Part shown: one piece after another, positions 55,167 to 64,000 of the stretch | How positions within the stretch are numbered: position 1 is the stretch's first letter | Layout of the letters: the number at the start of each line of letters is the position of its first letter | Source of the DNA: Eledone cirrhosa | Taxonomy: Eukaryota | Direction: 5' to 3' | Length of the DNA stretch: 64,000 nucleotides | Assembly (NCBI GenBank): GCA_964016885.1 | Contig: OZ024746.1 | Span: forward strand, 26,164,001-26,228,000 | Translations under genes and position numbers: made by a program | Notes under the pieces: generated by a model | What the model was told of the DNA's origin: nothing | Seen by the model: only the letters and a program-made list of their open reading frames with translations | Databases searched by the model: none

Positions 55167-55809
55167 CATATATAGAAAGACTAAAATATATTAATATCTA
55201 AAGTAATATAGGAGATAAGTAATAACTGATATAAACTGCAAATTCTTTTGAAATAACTAGAATATATTTAGGTTGGTTTGTATTATATAGCATGGTATTT
55301 AGCTCTTTGACCGCCAAAAACATACTGGTATGTCTTATCTCGCATCCATTATATGCCAAAGATGTGCTGATATATCTTATACTTCCCATCATTTGTGTAC
55401 TAAAAATTAGCCTGTAATCCTCCCCTAGAGCACTAATACCACCACCTGGTTCTTGGATGGTAGATTAACTCTGTCACTCAGTTTAACATCACTACCACCT
55501 GGTCCTTGAGTGATAGATTTAATCTGCATTATTCCCTTGAGCAAGACACTTTATTTCTTGTTGCTTCAGTTCATTCAGCTGTAGAAATGAATTGCAATGT
55601 TAGTGGTGCCAAGCTGTATCAAGATTTGCCTTTCCCTTGGGAAAAAAAAAAAAAGAAATCGGTGGTGTGGAGAGGGGAGACTGGAATGCATGGTGACTGC
55701 TGATCTTCCACAAAAAACACTTTGCCCTGGCTTGTGCTTCAGAGGGGAACTTTCTAGATGCAAATCCTATGATCATTCATGACTAAAGGGGATCTTTACC
55801 TTGTTCTGA

Positions 55810-56740
55810 TAATATTGAGAAGATAAATCAAATGTGGTAATGTTGGGGAGATAGGTATAACAAATGTGATAAAATAATTGTTTCTACTTTTGGCACAAGG
55901 CCAGCAAATACCCAGTGCATTACTGGTACTTTATTTTATCGACCCCGTAAGGCTGAAAGGCAAAGTGAACCTCGGCGGGATTTGCATGGCGTCCGACCTT
56001 CTACTGATACTGCCAAATGATGAGAAGTTATAATAGATGTGATAATGTTGAAGGATTATATCAAATGTGATAATGTTGAGAAGATATACCAAATGTGATA
56101 ATTGTTTCTACTTTAGACACAAGGCCAGCAATTACCCGGTGCATTACTGGTACTTTATTTTATCGACCCCGTAAGGATGAAAGGCAAAGTCAACCTCGCC
56201 TTTCATCCTTACGGGGTCGATAAAATAAAGTACCAGTAATGCACCGGGTAATTGCTGGCCTTGTGCCTAAAGTAGAAACAATTATCACATTTGGTATATC
56301 TTCTCAACAAATGTGATAATGATGAGAAGATATATCAAATGTGATAATGATGAGAAGATATATCAAATGTGATAATGATGAGAAGATATATCAAATGTGA
56401 TAAGGATGAGAAGATATATCAAATGTGATAATGATGAGAAGATATAACAAATGTGATAATGATGAGAAGATATATCAAATGTGATAATGATGAGAAGATA
56501 TATCAAATGTGATAATGATGAGAAGATATATCATATGATAATGTTGAGAGGTTATACCAAATGTTATAATGTTAAGATGGTATATAACAGTTGTGATAAT
56601 GTTGAGAATAAATATATTAACAAATGTGATAATACTGAGAAGATATAAAAGATGTGATAATGTTGAGATTATAAAACAAATGTGATAATACTGAGAAGAA
56701 ATTAAGCATATGTTGAGATAATGTTAAGAACATATTAAGA
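55810..56740. repeat. 28-bp minisatellite with SINE insertions
   Basis: AAATGTGATAATGATGAGAAGATATATC units, with SINE pieces at ~55877-56015 and ~56099-56285. Confidence 0.9.
56074..56309. repeat. 112-bp-arm palindrome (SINE tail plus flank)
   Basis: 56074-56185 is the reverse complement of 56198-56309 with one mismatch; 12-nt loop AAAGTCAACCTC. Confidence 0.95.
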
Positions 56741-57554
56741 AATGTTTTGCATTTGAAGTAAACCAAAACTGCTATGGAGTTAAAGATATTTTTAATAAAT
56801 GAAAGAAAATATTTTTCATTTGTAAAGAAGACATGAAAAAATTTGACAATGACATTCATAACATATGCTCTACTACAAAGGGGAAATGTTTTTTTTATTG
56901 TTATTACCATTATTATTTATTTATTTTTCAGCCACCCCAACAACAACAAAATACCAATCATAAGATTCTTTGGAAACAACACAAGACCCCTTTCCTAACA
57001 TTTAGAACTTCAAAGAAATCATAAAAACAAAACAAAACAAATGAAACAGCAACACTAACATTTACAAAACAAAAGGTAGAGTGGGGAGTCATATTTTAAA
57101 GAAACAGAAAAAAATGAAAGGGGGCTACATCTTGTAATCCCTTTGAAGTTTTAAGGCAGGTTTCTCAAAATTTGTCAGATTCCAAGCATGGGATTTCCAG
57201 TATTGAATCATGTTCTTTTTATACTTCAAGAATAAAATATTAATTTTTTGATACTTTACATAAAAGATGTCCAACACATGCAAGCATGGAAAAGCAGATG
57301 TAAAGTAATGATGATGGTGATGGTGTTGGGTATTTAAACTAATGTTTTGGATCAACCAAAAACAAAGGTAGACTATAAATCTGCAGCTCTTCTGCTAAAA
57401 ACTTTTTCCCTTTAAACTGATTAACCCATTTCTTAACATATTTCTACTGAAATATACAGCCAGTGTGTTTCAATAAATTTTGAAAATAATAAAGAATTTG
57501 GAAGGATTTAGAAACATAACTTTTCATTGATCTCTACTAATGATATATATATCG

Positions 57555-57740
57555 GTGGATTGGCAGTATCAGTAGAGGGTCGGACACCATGCTTTCCAGC
57601 ATAGTTACGTCCCTTTACGATCTGAGTTCAAATCCCGCCGAGGTTGTCTTTGCCTTTCATCCTTACGGGGTCGATAAAATAAAGTACCAGTAATGCACTG
57701 AGTAATTGCTGGCCTTGTGCCTAAAGTAGAAACAATTAAT
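57555..57740 (+). mobile_element. Young tRNA-derived SINE
   Basis: A-box-like TGGCAGTATCAG, B-box GAGTTCAAATCCC, tail nearly identical to the 56198-56285 copy. Confidence 0.85.
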
Positions 57741-57802
57741 ATTACTTGGACTACCTTTTATTTTCTGTATCTATCCTTTGTGATTCTGTCTCTATTTTTG
57801 TA

Positions 57803-57836
57803 CTCTTGAAGAAGGACTAGAGCCCGATACGTCGAA
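57803..57836 (+). ncRNA. Degenerate Penelope-type minimal hammerhead relic (copy 3)
   Basis: CTC-TTGAAGA-A-GGAC-TAGA-GCCC-GATAC-GTC-GAA, with downstream AAGTGTGAAACTAATA as in copies 1 and 2. Confidence 0.5.
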
Positions 57837-58082
57837 CTTTCTTTCCCCTTTTCCATATAAAGTGTGAAACTAATAAGATTTTTTGTACCCCTGTCGTTTC
57901 CTTGAAGTATATATATATATATATATATATATATCCTCACCATTTAACGTCTACTTTTTCCATGCTTGCAAGTGTTAGACAAGTCATCTACGTTATGAGA
58001 CAAGCCTGGCCAGCTGGCCATGCCATACTTTGCTCAAATGGAACTGTATTTTGGCTGGAGATATCAATTATAGGGACCTTGT

Positions 58083-58114
<32 letters not shown>

Positions 58115-58330
58115 GTAGAGATTAAAATTTTAAGCAAAGAACTTCTACTTTCACCTTAAGCACCTTAAGCAGGATCATCTGAAACTGAGAAATATCAATG
58201 TGTAGATGCAGAAGTACATATTTAAAACAAAAAATTATGACTAAATATTGCCTTTAGAAAATAGAAAGGATGAAAGGCAACGTTGACCTTGACCTCAGAA
58301 CATAAAGGACCATAACTATATGCTGTAAAG

Positions 58331-58498
58331 CAGGCATGTCAAACTGATGGTCCGATATGTGACCACATGGCTCACATTACAACTATATTTTATTTATTTT
58401 ATATTATGAAGATAAAACATGCTCACACTGTAAAAACCTTTGTGTAGGCCACAGGTGTGTACGTGTGCTTGTAAAGAGCCGCATGTTTGACATGCCTG
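58331..58498. mobile_element. hAT MITE with intact TSD, nested in a SINE
   Basis: Perfect 14-bp TIRs CAGGCATGTCAAAC / GTTTGACATGCCTG and an 8-bp TSD CTGTAAAG (58323-58330, 58499-58506). Confidence 0.93.
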
Positions 58499-59548
58499 CT
58501 GTAAAGCATTTAAACCAATGCTCTACCAATACTGCCATTAATGTTAATAATAAAATGTAAGTCTGTGTGTTGTAATGAATATTGTTCATTGATAGACTCT
58601 GAATTGAGGTTAAAACTACCCAGTATCGGACAGATTGATGAAAACATTGACTTGATATCACTTAATATGTAACAGATTGAAAACACAGCTTAATGTGAAA
58701 ACAGAATTTAACATCAAATATCTGGTATATTATTTTAGAATGGCTTGAATTAATAGAAATCCAGGCAACTATTTACAGAAACTAAAATATTTTAAAAATG
58801 TACAGACACTGATAAAAAGATGTAGAGTGACACAGTCTTAAAAATATGTAAAACCAGGTATTAAAAAAAGATGTGAAGTGAGACACCAATAAATACAAAA
58901 TGAAAGAAGGGGAAAGTAAAATAAGGTTTAATGACACAGATAAGAACAAAAAAATAAAGGATCTCAGGATAATTTAAATGAAACAAATATATCTTGGCAC
59001 TAGCAAGATCACTTTACAGAGCATACTGGGTGCATATATTTAGCATCAATTCTAGAGAGGCTGTAATGTACTCGGCAAGACCCAAGAGTCATCTTTGGGA
59101 TTTTGATGATTGGGAATTTGTTGTCACTCAGAATTTATTAAGTATAGACAATGATTAGAATATGTTATCTGAATTCAAATCCTACTGAGGGCAACTTTGA
59201 CTTTCGACCTTTCAGGGTTAATAAAATAGAATGAGTCCAGGTCAGTCGATTCATTAAATTGTTGGAGCATAGGATGAAATGCCTTGCAGCATTTGTTACA
59301 GCTCTTTATGTTATAAGATCAAATCTCACTGTAGCCTACTTAAATGGTAAACTTAATGGTTTAAAATCAGCACCTGGTCTTTGGGTACCTTTAGCAGGGT
59401 CCATTTTGTTGCAAGCAATCAAGTTAGATCTCAGAATACCTTCCTACCTCCCTCTTACTTGTCTTATATGTTTTGTCCCAGCTCCTCCATCCTTCCCTGA
59501 CTAAACAGTATAAAGAAAATAGGAATTTCTTGTCACTCACAGTTTATT

Positions 59549-59759
59549 TACCATATATACTCGAATATAAACCGATACAAATATAAGCTGAACCCACTAT
59601 TTTATGTCTGAGAAATGGGCAAAATCCAAACCTTATTTATGTAGAATTTGAAGTTGGGGAAATTCTTCAAAATATTAACCCCAAATATAAGTTGACCCAC
59701 TCTTTCTACCATCAACTTTTTGGTCACATATTCCTTGGCTTATATTCGAGTATTTATGA
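59549..59759. mobile_element. Tigger/pogo-like MITE (copy 2)
   Basis: TACCATATATACTCGAATATAA ... TTATATTCGAGTATTTATG; homologous to 6850-7069. Confidence 0.75.
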
Positions 59760-60414
59760 CAAGTAAGAAATAAAATAATGCCCTCTATAGAATATAATAG
59801 AATAACACCTGAAAATATTGCTATTAAAACATATGGAACTAAGTAAAAGATGAGGATGAATTGCTTCGATGAAGAAAAAAATTAAGGTGCTAATTAGGCT
59901 AAAGTGACATTTATACAAAATCCAACAAATTCTCATGCCACAAACCTTATCGTATTTCATATCAACATGATAGAACAATATCTGTTCTTCACTTCAAAAG
60001 AAAAATGTTATAATAATTGTAAAGAAGTAATAGAAAAACAGCCTTGGTATTGTAAATAACTGTAAAAAGAAGCCTTAGTGTACTATAAACTACCACAAAG
60101 AGAATGAATCACAACAACAACTAGTAATAATTTAGTTACATTTTTCTTTTAGTTTTTATGATTGTTTTTGTTAATATTTTTAAAGATGATTAAATATGAC
60201 ATCAAAAGAATTTATCACAAGATTGTAATAGGTGAAAGACTAAAGACTATACAGTTATATGATACAGTTATATGACAATGCCGAACTATAGGGTTTTCAC
60301 TGAGTCTCCTCAAAAGGCGAGACATATTTGCTTTCTTCCAATTATATATCTTTCAGTTAACATGTTTACTTTGATATTTTAATCAACACAACTGACAAAC
60401 AGACAGTCATAGAA

Positions 60415-60560
60415 GAGGTGTAGATATGGCTGTGTGGTTAAGAAATTCACTTCGCAACCATGAGGTTTATGTACAGTCCCACAGTGTGGTATTTTGGGCA
60501 AATGTCTTCTATTATAGCCATGGACTTACTAATGCCTTGTTAGTATTTTTTTAGCAGAGA
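60415..60560 (+). mobile_element. tRNA-derived SINE
   Basis: TGGCTGTGTGGTTAAGAA A-box head and GGGCAAATGTCTTCTA core. Confidence 0.75.
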
Positions 60561-60677
60561 TCTGCCACGTGCATGCATGCATATATATGCAGCCATGTAG
60601 AGCAAAAATTTTCTTTTTTATTTGAATTTAGCAAAGCCGGCCATTTATAGCTCGTATACAGGAAACTGACTGGCCAG

Positions 60678-60792
60678 TCTGCTGATATGCAAATCTGGCT
60701 GATCAGTGGATCTGCTAATATGCAGATCTGATTGATCGACCAGTCTGCTAATATGCAAATCAGGCCGATCAGTCACTGTGTACTTTTCAAAA
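60678..60792 (+). promoter_or_regulatory. Octamer cluster plus PSE-like motif
   Basis: Three 33-bp-spaced repeats carry ATGCAAAT (60687), ATGCAGAT (60720) and ATGCAAAT (60753), followed by TCACTGTGTACTTTTCAAAA (60773). Confidence 0.4.
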
Positions 60793-60821
60793 TAGCATAT
60801 ATTTTCACTAGCTCTGACAGT

Positions 60822-60898
60822 TTGGCAGGTGAACAGAGAGCTGTACTGATGAAGGGTGATACCCAGAAACAGTGTCTGCAGTTCTGTTCACATGCCAA
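60822..60898 (+). ncRNA. Type I hammerhead ribozyme
   Basis: Stem I TTGGCA-G-GTGAACAGA-GA-GCTGTA pairs with TGCAGT-TCTGTTCAC-A-TGCCAA. Core CTGATGA (60846-52), stem II GGGT-GAT-ACCC flanked by A/A, then GAAAC-AGT-GTC. Predicted cleavage is after 60876. Confidence 0.8.
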
Positions 60899-61189
60899 CA
60901 CAAGAGCAAGAATGAAGGGTTCATTCAACTGACATGGCTATAAAATTGAGGCTTGTTTGCAAACGAATCGAATGTTATTATTAATATTCAAAATCAAAAA
61001 ACTCAGATTACATTTATTGTATTCAGCCATGTAGAGCGAAAATTTTCTTTTTTATTATAAATATATATATATATATATATATATAAGTATAGCTATATAT
61101 ATAAAAATATATAATGTAGGTAATAATAAATATTTGATTGTCATTTATATATATATATATATATATATACATACAAAGTAAAACCTACT

Positions 61190-61680
61190 ACAGTCAGTAG
61201 GCATCTCTAACAAAATACACCCCCGTCCCACCACCCCCACCCCATCCACACCGCCCCTTTCAATGTAAAGTTATGTTGGTGCCACAACATCCAGGCCGAA
61301 ACAAATGAGATCGTGTAGGTGCCACGACAAAAAAACACACAGTCCACGCTGTAATGTGGCTGTGTAGGCAACACGGTAAAAACCTCCCAGCCCCACACTG
61401 TAAATGTGGTTGGTGTGAGGAAGGGCATCCAGCTGTAGAAAACCCGCCAGACAGTCCACGCTGTAATGTGGCCGTGTAGGCAACACGGTAAAAACCTCCC
61501 AGCCCCACACTGTAAATGTGGTTGGTGTTAGGAAGGGCATCCAGCTGTAGAAAACCCGCCAGACAGTCCTATGCGAGCAAGACAATCACTCTTGCCTCAA
61601 GTGGGAAAACCCTCGTCCAAACCCATGCAAGCCTGGAACATGGACGTTAAACGTTGATGATGATGATGATGATGATGATA
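61190..61680 (+). mobile_element. (ATG)n-tailed SINE with a 112-bp internal tandem duplication
   Basis: Colinear with 35030-35430. 61339-61450 is repeated at 61451-61562, with ACAGTCC microhomology at the junctions. Confidence 0.85.
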
Positions 61681-61694
61681 TCTATATATATATA

Positions 61695-61734
61695 CATACC
61701 TCTGTGTATATATATACATATATACTGTGGATAC

Positions 61735-61765
<31 letters not shown>

Positions 61766-63061
61766 CTGTGGATACCTGTGTATATATATATACATATATA
61801 CTGTGGAAACCTCTGTGTATATATATACACATATATACTGTGGAAACCTCTGTGTATATATATACATATATACTGTGGATACCTGTGTGTATATATATAC
61901 ATATATACTGTGGATACCTGTGTATATATATACATATATACTGTGGATACCTGTGTGTATATATATACATATATACTGTGGATACCTCTGTGTATATATA
62001 TACATATATACTGTGGATACCTCTGTGTATATATATACATATATACTGTGGATACCTGTGTGTATATATATACATATATACTGTGGATACCTGTGTGTAT
62101 ATATATACATATATACTGTGGATACCTGTGTATATATATACATATATACTGTGGATACCTCTGTGTGTATATATATATATACATATATACTGTGGATACC
62201 TGTGTATATATATATACATATATACTGTGGATACCTCTGTGTATATATATATATACATATATACTGTGGATACCTGTGTATATATATATATACATATATA
62301 CTGTGGATACCTGTGTGTATATATATACATATATACTGTGGATACCTGTGTGTATATATACATATATACTGTGGATACCTCTGTGTATATATATATATAT
62401 ATACATATATACTGTGGATACCTGTGTATATATATATACATATATACTGTGGATACCTCTGTGTATATATATATATACATATATACTGTGGATACCTGTG
62501 TATATATACATATATACTGTGGATACCTGTGTATATATACATATATACTGTGGATACCTGTGTGTATATATACATATATACTGTGGATACCTCTGTGTAT
62601 ATATATATATACTGTGGATACCTGTGTGTATATACATATATACTGTGGATACCTGTGTGTATATATATACATATATACTGTGGATACCTGTGTATATATA
62701 CATATATACTGTGAATACCTGTGTGTATATATATACATATATACTGTGGATACCTGTGTATATATATACATATATACTGTGGATACCTGTGTGTATATAT
62801 ATACATATATACTGTGGATACCTGTGTGTATATATATACATATATACTGTGGATACCTGTGTGTATATATATACATATATACTGTGGATACCTGTGTATA
62901 TATACATATATACTGTGGATACCTCTGTGTATATATATACATATATACTGTGGATACCTCTGTGTATATATATACATATATACTGTGGATACCTGTGTAT
63001 ATATACATATATACTGTGGATACCTGTGTATATATACATATATACTGTGGATACCTCTGTG

Positions 63062-63127
<66 letters not shown>

Positions 63128-63150
63128 TACTGTGGATACCTCTGTGTATA
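61695..63150. repeat. Satellite with constant core and variable (TA)n linker
   Basis: About 40 units of ACATATATACTGTGGATACC(TC)TGTG(TA)n. The ~500-aa Y/I-rich ORFs on both strands are artefacts. Confidence 0.97.
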
Positions 63151-63189
63151 TACATATATAAATATACATTAATCATATATATATATATA

Positions 63190-63335
63190 GATGGAGGCAC
63201 ATGGCTTATTTGTTAGAGTATTGGCCTTGCAATCGAAAGGTTGTGAGTTCAATTCTCAGACCGGGTGATCTGTTGTTTCCTTGAGCAAGACACTTTATTT
63301 CACATTGCTCTAGTTTACTCAGCTGTAGAAATGAG
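63190..63335 (+). mobile_element. tRNA-derived CORE-like SINE
   Basis: GGAGGCACATGGCTTA..GTTAGAG head, GAGTTCAATTCTC B-box, CCTTGAGCAAGACACTT core. Confidence 0.8.
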
Positions 63336-64000
63336 ATGATAGGGACTGGGGTCCCTATCATTCCACTATAAAGTGGTCGTGGAGGCGCCACGGCAAAAAA
63401 GCACCCAGCACTCACTGTAAATGAGGTTGGTGTTAGGAAGGGCATCCAGCTGTAGAAATCAAGCCAGAATCAGTTCCCATCCCACCCTTGCAAGCAGGGA
63501 AAAAGCGGACGCAAAATGAAATGATGATGATGATGATACATGTTTTAAAATCACATAAGGTGATTTGTGCATCCATGATACTGGAGCATCATGCCACACA
63601 CCATCTGACTCAATGCTAACTAGAATCAATCAAATAACAGAGTACGTGACTTACAGAATCAGTGGTGTAGTAGCAATATTGAACAAATTAATTAGGGTTA
63701 TCAACAAAAATTAATATGACTAACAACCAATCGACCATCAAATCATCTAATAAAAATATCAAAATTATTGATATATATACCACAAATTAATTATGGTTAC
63801 TAACAAGATTAATATACCTAATATAAAACAATATATAATTTCATCAACATGTTGTATCCAATAAAATACATTGGCACCCATAGAGAAGGTGTGTGTCTTA
63901 CTGGCTAGAGAACACTATTATACACAAGTATACATTTAAAAAAAATTTTTTATTGAGCTTAACCCTTTAGCATTTACATTACTCTACATTTACTATTGTA

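Larger units (their letters stand above)
60590..61056 (+). mobile_element. Candidate retrozyme (hammerhead-containing non-autonomous retroelement), 434-nt unit with 33-bp terminal redundancy
   Basis: CAGCCATGTAGAGC(A/G)AAAATTTTCTTTTTTATT at 60590-60622 and 61024-61056, an internal hammerhead, and TA-rich microsatellite on both flanks. Confidence 0.7.

Noticed and set aside
57555-57640. tRNA genes at SINE heads
   Set aside because: A/B-box-like motifs are present, but there is no complete cloverleaf and each continues into a SINE body.
61695-63150. CRISPR-like or DnaA-box-like array (TGTGGATA cores)
   Set aside because: The 'spacers' are only (TA)n length variants, there are no cas genes, the context is eukaryotic, and the core differs from TTATCCACA.
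61597-63216. ~500-aa ORFs on both strands
   Set aside because: They are translations of a TA-rich satellite that happens to lack stop codons, open in multiple frames on both strands.

Overview
AT-rich, microsatellite-dense eukaryotic DNA. The SINE/MITE families resemble those of octopus/cephalopod genomes (inference, not verified). No confident protein-coding host gene is visible, and nearly all long ORFs in the track are translations of simple repeats. The window looks intronic or intergenic. It contains several SINE families, RTE-type LINE relics, a decayed mariner and a DD37D/Tc1-like relic, two non-autonomous Helitrons, hAT/Tigger-like/mariner MITEs, many minisatellites and several long palindromes. 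The most notable signal is a 467-bp element at 60590-61056. It is bounded by 33-bp direct repeats (a 434-nt permuted unit) and carries a near-canonical type I hammerhead ribozyme with a long bulged stem I, preceded by three octamer-containing repeats and a PSE-like motif. This makes it a candidate retrozyme (circular-RNA retroelement) with an snRNA-type promoter. A second, older family of Penelope-type minimal hammerhead relics occurs three times, and a direct-plus-inverted repeat element at 8.4-9.6 kb also has Penelope-like architecture.
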